Source of the DNA: an uncultured delta proteobacterium
GTDB taxonomy: Bacteria; Myxococcota_A; Polyangia; Haliangiales; Haliangiaceae
Assembly: GCA_963743525.1 (NCBI GenBank)
Contig: CAVUQH010000005.1
Coordinates: 121,400 to 185,399, forward strand
DNA: 64,000 nucleotides
Direction of reading: 5' to 3'
The notes under the pieces were generated by a model. The model did no database searches and had not been told where the DNA came from. It saw only the letters and a program-made list of their open reading frames with translations. Shown here piece after piece: positions 1 through 11,300 of this stretch. Each line of letters begins with the position of its first letter. The first letter of the stretch is position 1. The position numbers and the translations under genes were made by a program.

Positions 1-887
1 CCTTCGAAGGCGCCGAGGGCCCGGTCGTAGTGGATCTCGGCTCCGCCGGTGGCGTCAACCGTCTCGCCGACGATGGCGCCGTAGAAGTCCGCGTTGCCCG
101 CGACCTTGACCGGCGTGTCCGGCGCGTAGACGGCAAAGGCCGACTGGGTGCCGCCCGTGACCTTGATGTCGGTGGCCGCCGGGCCGACCATGAACACCAG
201 GTCGGTCGCCTTGAGCGACGGGTTCGACACCGTTCCGCCGGTCAGATCCATGCTGGTCGTGATGTAGACCAGGACCGGGGCCGACGCGACCTGGAGGTCG
301 GCGTTGCCGTTGAGGGTGATCGAGTCCATGACGTAGGTGCCGGCGCTGAGGATCAGATGCGAGTGCGCGCCGATGCTGACCGAGCCGTAGGTCTCGTTGG
401 GCGTGAGGTTCACGGTCTTGTGCGAGCCCGAATTCACGTTCCCCTGCGGCGTTCCCACCGTCGGGATCGTCACGCTGGGCAGGTCGACGTTGGTCGACTG
501 CGGTGACGAGGTTCCGTTGATGGTGCTGGCGCCCGGGGAAACACCCGAGGAGGTCGAGCAGCCCGCGCCGATCTTGACGTCACCATTGATGGTCGTCGGC
601 GCGCCGTTCAGAGTGACCGCCGTCGGGGTGGTGCATCCGTTCGATCCAATGTTGCCGTTGCTGTCGGCGTGCGTGGTGGCGTACGTGCCCGGCGGCGTGG
701 AATCATAGCTGTCAGTCGTCGCGCCGCCGCCGAACGTGACGCTGTTCTTGCCGAAGGCCGCGTTGTCGAAGCCGGGTACGCAGCTGCCGGCTTCGGCGGG
801 CGAAGCGTCGAGCGTCAGCGTGGCGGCGACGAGCGACAGCAGGAGGATGAATACACGACGAGCCGTCGGCGCGCAGGGGAGCACCAT
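1..887 (-). CDS. Secreted beta-solenoid-type protein resembling the C-terminal domain of long PilX-like proteins; runs off the window edge
   Basis: Not in ORF track (no stop in window). My translation from ATG 887: MVLPCAPTARRVFILLLSLVAATLTLDASPAEA/GSC... (signal peptide) ... AVYAPDTPVKVAGNADFYGAIVGETVDATGGAEIHYDRAL, open to base 1; GC3-rich codons. Confidence 0.7.
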   Translation of the reverse strand, partial: MVLPCAPTARRVFILLLSLVAATLTLDASPAEAGSCVPGFDNAAFGKNSVTFGGGATTDSYDSTPPGTYATTHADSNGNIGSNGCTTPTAVTLNGAPTTINGDVKIGAGCSTSSGVSPGASTINGTSSPQSTNVDLPSVTIPTVGTPQGNVNSGSHKTVNLTPNETYGSVSIGAHSHLILSAGTYVMDSITLNGNADLQVASAPVLVYITTSMDLTGGTVSNPSLKATDLVFMVGPAATDIKVTGGTQSAFAVYAPDTPVKVAGNADFYGAIVGETVDATGGAEIHYDRALGAFE

Positions 888-918
888 GTCACTATGCTAC
901 CGAACGAGAGAGAGTTCA

Positions 919-1875
919 GTGAGGGTTCTTTCAGTCTTGTCGATTGTGGTGGGCGGTGCGCTCGTCAGCGGTGGCAGCTGCCGCCGTGAGCACACACACG
1001 CACCTCCACCTCCGTACCGCGATGTCTTCGCCGTCAACGCCCACGACGCGTTGGCCGTGCGATCGGGCGGATCGAAAACGCTGATCGAGTGGGTGAACAT
1101 CCGACGTGGCATCCGCTGGCGCGCCAGCGTGCCTCGCTATGCGGGCAGCCCGCAGGTGCCGGGGCTGGCGGCGTCGGACAAGGTCGTCTTGCTGCGCGTG
1201 GTGTCGCGCGGCGGGGCCGACCAGGTAGTCCTGAATGCCACCGATGGCAGCGTCGAGCGCACCGTGCATCTGACGCAGGGATGGCCGAGCTCACCCTCCG
1301 GCTACTCGCTCGATCCGGCGATGACCGTGCCCGGCGAGCAACGCTGCTACCAGCTGGTCGGCGACGAGCACCGCGGCGCGGTGGTCGCGGTGTCGCTGGA
1401 CGATGGCCGCGCCGAGTGGCGCCACGACGTGGCGGGACGAATCGATCTCGCCGTGGAGGTCGGCTCGCGCCTCGCGCTGGTGGTCGCAGGCAAGGTGGAG
1501 CTCCTCGATGCAGCCACCGGCAATCCGGTCTCCGCGGGCCCCAAGGTGCGGGTCCACGTCGGCGGTGGCCGGGATGGTCCGTACTCGCTCACGTCCGACC
1601 TGGGTGCGCTACTGGTGTCGGGGCTCCCCCGGACACGCCCGTCCGGGCTCGAGCTGGCCTTCGATCCCGGCGCGCACGCCCTGACCAGCTTCGATCGGGT
1701 GAGCCAGGCCCGGCTGGGAACCCTGCCGTGGCCCGCCGGCGCGCTGGCACCGGAGCCGCATCACTATCGAGACGAGTCGCTGTGGCTGGTCTTTCCCGAC
1801 CACCTCGCCGTCCTCGATCCGCGCACCCTGCACCTTCGGGCGACGCTCGGGCGCGCGCCATCCAGCTCGAACTGA
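919..1875 (+). CDS. Exported (possibly lipo-) protein with PQQ-like beta-propeller repeats
   Basis: GTG 919 after purine-rich GAGAGAGAG; hydrophobic N-terminus ending SGGSC; repeats such as VAVSLDDGRAEWR and LLDAATG. Confidence 0.6.
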   Translation: MRVLSVLSIVVGGALVSGGSCRREHTHAPPPPYRDVFAVNAHDALAVRSGGSKTLIEWVNIRRGIRWRASVPRYAGSPQVPGLAASDKVVLLRVVSRGGADQVVLNATDGSVERTVHLTQGWPSSPSGYSLDPAMTVPGEQRCYQLVGDEHRGAVVAVSLDDGRAEWRHDVAGRIDLAVEVGSRLALVVAGKVELLDAATGNPVSAGPKVRVHVGGGRDGPYSLTSDLGALLVSGLPRTRPSGLELAFDPGAHALTSFDRVSQARLGTLPWPAGALAPEPHHYRDESLWLVFPDHLAVLDPRTLHLRATLGRAPSSSN

Positions 1876-2400
1876 TCAGTTGGCGTTGCCGGTGTTGCCC
1901 GAGCCTTGCCCGGACTGGTTCCGGTAGACCTGGTTGCCCATGTTGTAGACGACCAGCTCCAACACCTCGCGCGGCGTCTCCGGGTACTTCAGGCACTTGG
2001 AGACGATGAAGATCTTCAGGTCGTTGTCGCGGGTGGTGTCGTTGGCCGCCGGCGGCAGCTCGTCGTCGTTGTCCTTGACCGTCACCTCGTAGTCGGCGAT
2101 GCCGTCGGGCGGATCGTCGATGTCGCCGCGGATCGGGTACCAGCTGGGATCGTTCGACGTGTCGGTGTCGAGGATGTCGTTCCACAGGGCGTAGTTGGCG
2201 CCCATGATGGTCTTGCCCTGGGACAGCCCGGCTTCGGCGCAGAACAGCGACGCGCGCGCCTGCGAGACCAGGCCGACCTGCTTGGTCGAGGACATCTGCA
2301 GGTTCAGCACTACCGCGGCGCCGGCCAGCAGGGCGACGAGGATGATGAGCACCAGCACCATGACGCTGCCTCGCTGGCGCATCGGTGGGCGACGAGTCAC
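1876..2400 (-). CDS. pilX: Type IV minor pilin, PilX-like
   Basis: QRG/SVMVLVLIILVALL class III signal lacking Glu+5; AEAGL motif; GTG overlaps the upstream stop (GTGA). Confidence 0.8.
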   Translation of the reverse strand: MTRRPPMRQRGSVMVLVLIILVALLAGAAVVLNLQMSSTKQVGLVSQARASLFCAEAGLSQGKTIMGANYALWNDILDTDTSNDPSWYPIRGDIDDPPDGIADYEVTVKDNDDELPPAANDTTRDNDLKIFIVSKCLKYPETPREVLELVVYNMGNQVYRNQSGQGSGNTGNAN

Positions 2401-3396
2401 GGCGAGCCCTCCAGGTTGCGGATCTCGACCGTGGCCGACAGCACGCGGCGGCGGTACGGATCCAGGGTCGAGGCGGCGGCGTGGTCTTCGGCCGCGGGTC
2501 GTTGGTTGGTGGCCTGCGTGCTCTGCTCGGTGAACGTGCGGCCGACCACGGTGATGCGCAGCGCGCGCGGCGGTGTGGTGGTGATGAGCGGCGGCGCGGC
2601 GTCGCCGGCGGCGTTGTAGAACCACTCGTCGCCCGTGCTCGCCGGTGTCGGCCAGGCTGCCGTCACCGTCGATATCGACGCCCACCGCGACCTGGAAATC
2701 CTCGATGCCGCCGGCCAGCGGCTCGGCCGCCGCCGGACCGTCGCCGTCCGGGTCCACCATCATGGTCGGCAGGTAGTCGACCGCGGCCGACGAGTCGACG
2801 TAGAAGCGGCTCACTTGCGCGCGCAGGACCAGGTCGCCGGCGGCGTAGTCCCCGGTGGGGAAGACCACGCCGCTGCACAGCGACGACGGCGAGCCGGTGA
2901 GGGTGACGACGTACTCGCTGCCCGACGGCTGCACGTCGGAGACCTCGAGGATGTGGCCCTTGTCCAGGTTGGTGACGATGATGTAGTCGCCGGCGCGCAG
3001 CTCAGAGCCGTCGAGCACGGTGAGCGAGCTGTCGGACGCGGTGAATGGCGCGCGCAGCGAGGTGACGACGCCGCCGATGGCGTGGATGACGTCCAGCTGG
3101 TCGGGCCCGGTGCTGGAGTTGGTCACCTTGAGGCCGCCGGTGCCGCTGCAGCCGACCAGATCCTGCAGGTCCGAGCGGGGCACGCCGGGGCTGGCGTTGC
3201 GTATGGTGTCGGTGATGATGTCGAGCACGGCGCGGGCGTTGCGCTCGGCCACGGCGGTGCGCCGGCTGTCCTGGTAGGCGTTGGTCAGCGTGCCGGCCAT
3301 GCGCAGCACACCGCCGATGACGATGGTCATGATGATCAGCGAGACCATCATCTCGATCAGCGTGAAGCCGCCTTGCGCCGCGCGCGGTTGGGTCAC
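2397..3396 (-). CDS. pilW: Type IV minor pilin, PilW-like; one apparent frameshift at about 2640
   Basis: GG/FTLIEMMVSL prepilin motif; LAGGIEDFQVAVGVD and RALRITVVGR...TVEIRN C-terminal motifs lie in two frames joined near 2640. Confidence 0.8.
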
Positions 3397-3794
3397 TGCG
3401 TCCTCTGCGTCCGGTAGGTGATCGAGTGAGTCTCCGAGCCCTGCTCGAGCCAGCTGACCACCAGGGTCACCGTGGCCAGGCTGCTCGACCAGCTGACGGT
3501 CCAGGTGCGGGTGAAGATGCCGTTGGCCGTGAGATTGCCCTGGGCGTCGACGGTGTCGGAGCCGTTGACCAGGTTGGCGATCGAGGTGGTCCGCATCTCC
3601 TCCATCTTGGCCTCGCCCAGCACCGCCGCCTCGCCGGCGTGGCGCGAGTAGGAGGAGGCCTGCGACGACACCAGCTGCACGCTGAGCACGCCGGACAGAC
3701 CGATCAGCATCACCGTGAGCGCGATCAGGAGCTCGATCAGGGTGAAGCCGCGCTGGGCGGTGCGGCCGCGCAGCCGCTGGCAGCCGGGTGTCAC
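3393..3794 (-). CDS. pilV: Type IV minor pilin, PilV-like
   Basis: RG/FTLIELLIAL; AAVLGEAKMEEMR; FTRTWTV; GTGA overlaps on both sides. Confidence 0.85.
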   Translation of the reverse strand: MTPGCQRLRGRTAQRGFTLIELLIALTVMLIGLSGVLSVQLVSSQASSYSRHAGEAAVLGEAKMEEMRTTSIANLVNGSDTVDAQGNLTANGIFTRTWTVSWSSSLATVTLVVSWLEQGSETHSITYRTQRTQ

Positions 3795-6700
3795 TGAATT
3801 CTCAGCCATAGCTTGCGCGATGCCGTCGGCTCGTAGGATAGCTCTACTCCCTGACCGGACGCGTCGAAGTCACTCGAGAAGTCGACCTTTCGCGCCGAGT
3901 CACCCGAGCCGATGTGCGCCACCCCGGTCGCGGTAACGTCTGCAGAGCTGGCACCACCACCGATACCGGTGATGTACACCGGTGAGCTCGAGCCGTCGAG
4001 TTTGTAGCGAGTCAGCTGGCCGGTGCCCGTGGTCGTGCCGTAGGACGACGCGTTGACGTCACCCGAGTCGGTGGTCACGAACAGCTCGTTGCCGGAGATG
4101 ACTGCCTGGCTGTAGGCCCGCTGGCCCACCCCCAGGCTGATGACGAACAGCCGCTCGCCGCCGTAGTCGGTGCCGGTGTCGCCCATCGTCGCCACGGCGA
4201 CCGGAGCGTCGAGGTCGACGGCCACCGCGTACTGCTCGACCGTGGACGGCGCCCACGACGAGTTGACCGGGTCGGCATAGCCACCGGAGACCACCAGCGC
4301 CGCGTACTTGCCGGTCGACTGGTCGACGAAGATGGTCGGCGACGCGCCGATCGGGTGGAAGTCGCTGTCGAAGCTGAACAGCGGCGTGTCGGTGCCGTAG
4401 CGGCTGGTGCCGTCGGTGGCGTCGAGGACGAACAGATCGCCGTATAGATCGGTCACGGCGATGTCGGTGATCGTACTGCTGTTGTTCTTGTCGAAGGCGG
4501 CGACGCCGCCGGGGATGCCGGTGGCCGGCACCGGCGGGTTGTTGCTGCTGTCGCGCGCGGACGGGTACAGGTGCTCGAACGGCGTGCTCCAGATCGCCTC
4601 GCCGGTGGCGCTGTTGTAGGCCTGCACGCGGATGCCGGCGCCGCCGGTGCCGCCGTTGTTGGTCGACACGAAGGTGGCGTAGATGATGTCGGAGCCGACC
4701 TTGACCGGCCCCATCGCCAGGCCGATGCCGACGCCTTGCTCGACGCTGCCGCGGGTGGACGGCGTCTTGACCTCCCACAGGATCTGCGGATCCTCGGGGG
4801 CGGTGACGTCCAGCGCGATGACGCCCGGCTCGTTGTCGGCGAAGCCGGGGTCGCCCGAGCCGGTCTGGAAGGTGACGATGGTGCGCCACTCCTTGCTGCC
4901 GCTGCCGGAGAAGTCGGCGAAGACGTCGGCGACCTTGGGCGAGCCGTCGATGCGCTGGGTGTTGGTCGACACGCGCGGCAGCTGGTTGCGCGGCAGGTAG
5001 GCCCACAGCTCCTGGCCCTTGGCCTGACACGGGCCCAGGACCTCGGCGCAGAAGGCGTGAATCATGCCGTCGAGAGCGCCGACGTAGATCATCGTCGGCC
5101 GCAGCTTGCCGGCCAGCGGGCTCGACTCGATGACCGCCATGGTCAACCGGTCGACGCCGCCGAGCTTGGGCTCGTAGTTGCCGTTGGAATCCTTGCGTCC
5201 GGCCAGGACCCGCGAGATCAGCGTCTCGGCCTCGGTGTCGGTGAGCGTGGGCCCCATCAGCGGCTTCAGCTGATCGACGTTGCCGGTGGTCAAGCATGAT
5301 GCGGTCGGGATTCTGGCCGTCGGTGATGTTGGTGAACACCGTGCGGCAGCCGTAGGCGAAGGTCGACGCGCAGCCGGCCGGGTCGGCCGGCGGGATGCCG
5401 TCGGCGGCGTCGAAGTAGACGCCACCCAGCTGGTCGAACGCAGTGTCGCTGCTGGAGATCTGCGAGGTGTCGACCGCGCGCAGGTGGCCCAGCGTGTACG
5501 GGAACTCGAAGGTCGAGTCACTGGCCGTGCCGGTATAGCTGGGCACCGCGGGCGGCGGGTCGTACAGCTCGTAGGTGCCCTGGTACTGGGCCTCGACGCC
5601 GCCCACGGTAGCCACGATCGGCGACGACCGCGACACCTCGGTGGTGGTGTAGGTACCCTGCGAGACCGTCGCCACCGGCAGCGCGATCAGCGCGTTGAGG
5701 ATCATGCGCAGCTGCGACGGGTTGTTGTTGACCTGGTTGCCGCCCATGTAGAAGGCGATGCCGTCTTCCGGGTCGCTGTCGTGGCGGACGTAGGTCGCGG
5801 TGTCGAGGACGTCGGCGGTCGAGCTCTGGGCGAAGATGTCGCACGACGAGTCCGACTTGTGGTTGGTGCACAGGGTGTTGCCGCTGCCACTGGCGTCCTC
5901 GGTGACCAGGCGCATCAGCGTGCCGCTGGCGCCGGTGTGCACCGGGTCGTAGCCGGTGGCGCCGTTGGTCCAGTAGTACCAGCTGGCCGCGCCGCCCTGG
6001 GCGAACTCGGTGGGGATGTCGCCCCACTGCATGAACACGCTGCTGGGATAGCGGAGGATGAGCGGCTCGGACACCGCGCTGGTCGACGTGACCAGGCCGG
6101 CGCCGGAGTTCTTGAGGCCCTGGTACTGCAGGTTGGCGCAGCCCTCGACCACACCCACTGCCTTCTCCATGAACAGCACGTGGCCACCGGCGCGAACGCC
6201 GGGCTGGTGGGTCATGAACTCGTCGAGCTTCTGGTCCTGCGTGGTCTCGGCAACGGTGCCGCACGGTGAGTTGTCCGACCAGTTGTCGATCCAGGCCCAG
6301 CCGAAGTTGCCGTTGACCAGCGCGCCGGACTGGATGTCCGACTCGGTGATGTCGCAGTAGACCGCGTCCGACGGGGTGAAGGTGCCGGTCTTGCACGCGG
6401 GCGAGTCGGCCGGCGAGTCGAGCTTGGCCATCTTCAGCCAAATCGCCGACACGCCTGCGGGCGACTGCCGGGCCACGCGCGGCGGGGTGTAGTCGATGCG
6501 CACCGCCACCGGCAGAGTGCCGCTGTGTGGCACGCTGTAGCTGGGCGCGGTGGTGGTGAAGTCCTGATAGGCGAACGTCGCGCCGTTCTGCACCTCGTAC
6601 AGGTCGACGTCGCTGAAGTCGTAGTGCGAATCGCCGGCGAAGCCGGAGTAGGCGCCCTGGCGCTTCCACAGGTCGTTGAACGCCGCGCGGTCCTCGGCGG

Positions 6701-7328
6701 CGATGACGAAGGCGCCGCCGCGGACCGGGAACTCCTGCCTGTCGTACGAGCCGGAGACCGTGCTCAGCGTGCTGGAATTCAGGCGCAGCACCGGCGGGGT
6801 GCAGCCGCTGCCGCAGCTGTTCAGCGAGTCGCCGCTCTCCAGCGCCGTCGCCCCCGAGCTGAGGACCCAGAAGTCGATGTCGCTGGTGATGTACGTCTGA
6901 CTGTTTGCGTTCTGGCTGGCGGTCAGCGCCGGCGGGTCCTTGGTCGGGTTGATCACCCAGTAGACCGGGATGCCGTTCTGCATCAACCGGTAGACCAGGC
7001 CGTAGGCCTCGAAGATGCCGTCGTCGGCGCTCGACGGGCTGTCGTCGCACCAGGCGGGCGAGCTCGAGCTGGGCGGGCCCTCGGTACCGCTGGTGGCCAT
7101 GCGCTGGTGGCAGCGGTCCATCGGGATGATGATCGGCTTGTCGGTCGACACCGCGGAGAAGGCGCGGTAGCAGCAGCTGTCGACGTTCGACGAGTCGTCG
7201 CACTGGCTGAGGGTTGGCCCGCAGGTGGCGAAGTCGATCTGCTGAGCCGCCGCGATCCGCGGCGAGGCCGTCCAGACCAGCGCGCCGGCGACGGCGCCGA
7301 TCCGCAAATAGGGTTTCAAAGACATCAC
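3791..7328 (-). CDS. pilY1: PilY1-like pilus tip adhesin (about 1180 aa); apparent frameshift at about 5292
   Basis: Signal peptide; C-terminal PilY1 propeller motifs IYVGALDGMIHAF, GQELWAYLP, IDGSPKVADV, ALDVT; N-terminal part (7328-5293) and C-terminal part (5292-3791) in different frames. Confidence 0.8.
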
Positions 7329-7864
7329 CAGCCCCCTCGCTTGTGCGCCGAGCCGCTCGCTCGGTAGAAAATCACGCGGACCTTGTCGCGGCTGTTGTCA
7401 TCGGTGATGAACACGCTGGCCGCGGTGGCCTGCCCGTCGGGAGAGAAGTCGATCGCGCCCGGCAGCCCGTCGCCTTCGGACGGCACGCTGTCGTTCGCCT
7501 GCAGGTGCGTGGCCGCGTCGAACGACGCGATCTTGATGTGGCCGGGGACGCTCATGCTCTCGACGTAGACCCAGCTGGTCGGCGCTGACAGTCCCTCCGT
7601 CGACGCCTCCCAGAAGTAGATGCCGGTGCTGCGAACGTCCATGCGTTGCCACTTGCGCGTGGCCCCGGCGCGCATGCGCGCGGTCTCCGCCTCGGCCACG
7701 ATCTGATCGCCGTACCCGCTCGCGGTGTCCGCGTAGCGCTGGGTCGACATGCTGGCGAGCGCCAGCGCAGACAGCACGCCGATCAACACCACGACGACCA
7801 TCAGCTCGGTCAGGGTGAACCCGGACTGAGTCGACGCACGGGGGGACTGGGCGAGCAAGGGCAC
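7325..7864 (-). CDS. fimU: Type IV minor pilin, FimU/FimT-like
   Basis: SG/FTLTELMVVVVLIGVL; ARMRA; IDFSPDG; GAGGGAGAG RBS before GTG 7864. Confidence 0.8.
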   Translation of the reverse strand: MPLLAQSPRASTQSGFTLTELMVVVVLIGVLSALALASMSTQRYADTASGYGDQIVAEAETARMRAGATRKWQRMDVRSTGIYFWEASTEGLSAPTSWVYVESMSVPGHIKIASFDAATHLQANDSVPSEGDGLPGAIDFSPDGQATAASVFITDDNSRDKVRVIFYRASGSAHKRGGW

Positions 7865-7991
7865 CTCTCCCTCTGTTGCACGAGCCGGCGGCACGGTTGC
7901 TTAAACTTTGCCGCGATTACAGCATTTTCTCAAGAAGTATCCCCGGCGGTGGCCACGCGCACATGGCGCGGATCTACCTACCCGGGCGCAC

Positions 7992-8378
7992 TTACAGAAT
8001 CACCAGCTCGCGCTCGATCGTCTCCTTGAGGAACTGTTGCCGCAGTTGCGGATCGAGTCGCTCGATGATCGACAACAGCTGGTCGAGCGGCTCGTTGAGC
8101 TGCTCGAATTCGATGCCGAAGCCCTGCAGCATGCGCGTGTTCAGCACCCGGGCAATTCGCCCGCGGCCTTCGCACATGAAGTCCGGTTTGGCGCGGAAGC
8201 AGGCCACCAGCTCGCTGCCCAGCTCGACCTGGGCCTTGGTCTTGACGAAGATGCCGCCGCGGCCCAGATCCATGATGATGCCGCGTGCTTTCTTGCGTCG
8301 GCGGCGCAGGCGCACGACCACGCGCAGCCGCAACGGGTAGCGCGGATACCTTCGCCGGTCGCTTCCTGTCGCGGTCAA
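7992..8378 (-). CDS. Stand-alone PilZ-domain protein
   Basis: RRYPR (RxxxR) and MDLGRGG (D/NxSxxG-like) motifs, GFGIEF. Confidence 0.8.
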   Translation of the reverse strand: MTATGSDRRRYPRYPLRLRVVVRLRRRRKKARGIIMDLGRGGIFVKTKAQVELGSELVACFRAKPDFMCEGRGRIARVLNTRMLQGFGIEFEQLNEPLDQLLSIIERLDPQLRQQFLKETIERELVIL

Positions 8379-8388
8379 CGGATCCGGT

Positions 8389-11300
8389 CTACCGCCGGGA
8401 GCGGCGCGGGCGCAAGCCCGCGAACACGAATGCGAGCAGCAGCAGGGTGCCGCCGCGCGGCCCGCTGCCGTGACCGGTGTCGCAGCAACCGCCGTCGTCG
8501 CCGCCACCACTGGCCGGGCTGCCGAAGCCGATCGGAACCGCCAGGTTGCCGGTGTTGTGGTCGTCGTGGTGGAAGCTGGCCCAGTCGACGCGGCCGTCTG
8601 TCTTGCCCTGGGTGTTCCACACGTACAGCCAGCCCTCGCGGCTGGCCACCGCCACCTCGAGGGTGCCGTCGCCGTCGAGATCACCGACCGCTGGCGACGA
8701 GATGATCCAGCCACCGGTGAACTTGGGCCAACCGGCCGGCTGCTCACCGTCGGCGTTCCACGCCCGCAGGTAGTAGCCGCCGGAGCCCGACAGCACCTCC
8801 GGCTTGCCGTCGCCGTCGACGTCGGCGACCGCCGGGTTCATGAAGAACTGGTGGTCGTCGGCGCGCTGGGGGAACCCCGGCAGGTACTGCAGGGTCTTGG
8901 TGTTCCATGCACCTACATGGTGGTCGATGTTGACCCGTCCGCCGGAGCTGGCGAACGCCTCGGCGAAGCCGATGCCGGCGCCGCCCCAGACGATGTCGAT
9001 GGTGCCGTCGTTGTCCAGGTCGCCGGCGCTGCCGTCGGCGATGGCGACGAACGATGGGATGTCGTCGGAGTTGGAGTTGGGGCCGTACGGGTCGTTGCTG
9101 ACGGTCCCCACCAGGGTGCCGTCGCCGCGGATCATCGTCGGCAGGCCGACGATGCCGGCGACCGCGACGTCAACCGTGCCGTCGCCGTCGAAGTCGGCCA
9201 TGACCGGCGAGTTGGGCAGGCCGTTGCCGACCGCCGGCAGCACCGACACGGTGGTCAGGCTGCGCGGCCAGCCGGGCAGGATCGAGCCGTCGGGGTCGAG
9301 GGCGTACTCGCGGCCGCGGCCGGCGTAGTCCTCGTTGGTGCCGACGACGATCTCGGGGGCGCCGTCGCCGTCGATGTCGCCCAGCGCCGGCGTCTGAATG
9401 ATCCGCCGCGCCTGGTCGCCGTCCGACAACAGCACCGGCCAGCCGGCCATCGGTGTGCCGTCGTGGTGCCAGACGTAAACGTGGGCGTCCAGCGCCGCGA
9501 CGATGATCTCCAGGGTGCCGTCACCGTCGAGGTCGCCCAGCACCGGAGCGGCGAAGACGCCTGAGTCGAGGGTGTGGTTGTCGTCGGTGCTGGCGACGAA
9601 CGACCGGTCGAGAGTGACCGGGAAGCCGTCGCGCAGGCTGCCGTCGGCGCCCCACGCGAACACCTCTCCCTCGAACGTGGCGGCGACGATGCTCGGCCCC
9701 TCCGGCCCATCGCCGTCGAGGTCGCCGATCGCGGGCGCCTGCAGGACGAAGCTCTTGGGATCGGGATCGACCCCGCCCGTGGTCATCGCCGCGGTGCCGC
9801 GGTGGTTGTTGGCGTTGGACTCGCGGAAGTGGCTGATGGTCGGGAAATGCTGCGGCCAGCCCGGCTTCTCGGCGCCGTCGCCGTCGAACACGTGGATGGT
9901 GCCGCCGCCATCGGCGTAGACCAGCTCCATGGCGCCGTCGCCGTCGAGATCGGTGATCTTGGGCGAAGACTCGCCGCCGCCGTCGAGGCGGACGGGGAAG
10001 CCGGGGCGCAGATCGGGATCGTGCTGGATGTGGAAGGCGTGGCGGATCTCGCCCTGGGTTCCGTCGCGGGTCGAGTCGCTCGAGTGCAGGGTCACCCGCA
10101 CCCGGACCGTGACCATATAGCGGTTCACGTCGACGTCCGGCTCGGGCATGGTCGGGTTGTCGATCTCCAGGTTGGAGATGTCCCAGGTGGCCAGGGTGCC
10201 GTCGATCGGCTGGGTCTCGCCGGTGCCCTCGGCCAGGGTGGTCCAGTCCTCGGGGAACGGCTCGATGCCCGGCGCCCACTCGACGACGTAGTCGTACGAG
10301 TCGAACAGCGCGGGGCGGTAGGAGATGGTGCCGACCAGGTCGACCGACGGCGTCTGCGTCGGATCGAGCACCTGGAACCAGTCCGGCTGGCGGACGTCGA
10401 CCACTGGCGGAATCCGCCCGGCGAGCACGGCGTCGACCGCGTTGCGGGTGTTGGTGCGGCCGTAGCCGAACCGCTTCTCCCAGCCGACGTAGGTCTCGTA
10501 CTTGCTCGGGTCGCTGGCGTCGTTGGGATCGTAGATGTCGTTGACGGTGGTCAAGAGCAGCTGCTTGATCTCCTCGCCGCTGAGCAGCCGCGAGCCGATG
10601 GCGTCGGTCGGCGCCAGCTGGCCGCCGGCCGGATCCAGGCCGGCCTGCAGCGCCGCCGACTGCACCAGGCCGACGATGCCCGAGGTCTTGCCGGTGGCCT
10701 CCGACGAGCAGGCGGTGCCCGGCGTTGACAGCAGCAGCTGCGCGCCGTAGTTGGTGCAGTTGTTGAACGCCAGGAACGTGGTCGACGCGTCGCGGCTGGT
10801 CTTGTCGTAGGTGATGGCGTGGACGTAGATGGTGTGGTCCACGGAGCCGGGCAGGTTGGCGTGGAAGCTGTCCTCGTCGGCCGCCGACGCGACCACGGCC
10901 ACGTTCTGCTTCCACGCGTAGTCGATCGCCTCCTTGGCCAGCGGCGGGTTGTTGATGGCGCCCAGCGCCTCCTGGATGATCGCCGCGCCCGAGTTGACGG
11001 CGAAGATCGCGGCCACGCCGAAGTCGTTGGCGTCGACCACGAACGAGTCGCCGGCGCGGACCATCATGATCGTGCACTCGGGGCAGACGCCGGCGTCGGA
11101 GATGCCGTTGTCGGTCTCGGCGGCCGAGTCCTTGGCCTCGCCGGTGCCGTGGCCGAAGTCGGTGTCGTCGGCCGGGTCGTTGTCGTCGCGGAAGGCGTCC
11201 CAGCCGCTGATGTCGTTGACCCAGCCGTTGCCGTCGGTGTCGATGGTGTCGGACCAGAGCATGATCAGGTCCTCGGGATCGAGCAGCCCGTTGCCGTTGG

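Noticed and set aside
1876..3396. PilW-PilX fusion protein as given by the ORF track
   Set aside because: Artefact of the indel near 2640; PilX has its own prepilin signal and GTGA-coupled start at 2400
2397..7328. pilW and pilY1 as pseudogenes or programmed frameshifts
   Set aside because: Single-base indels with both halves intact and no slippery heptamer; more likely consensus errors in an indel-prone assembly
7884..7915. Sigma54 promoter for the pilin cluster
   Set aside because: GG-N10-GC matches are weak on the minus strand or face the wrong direction
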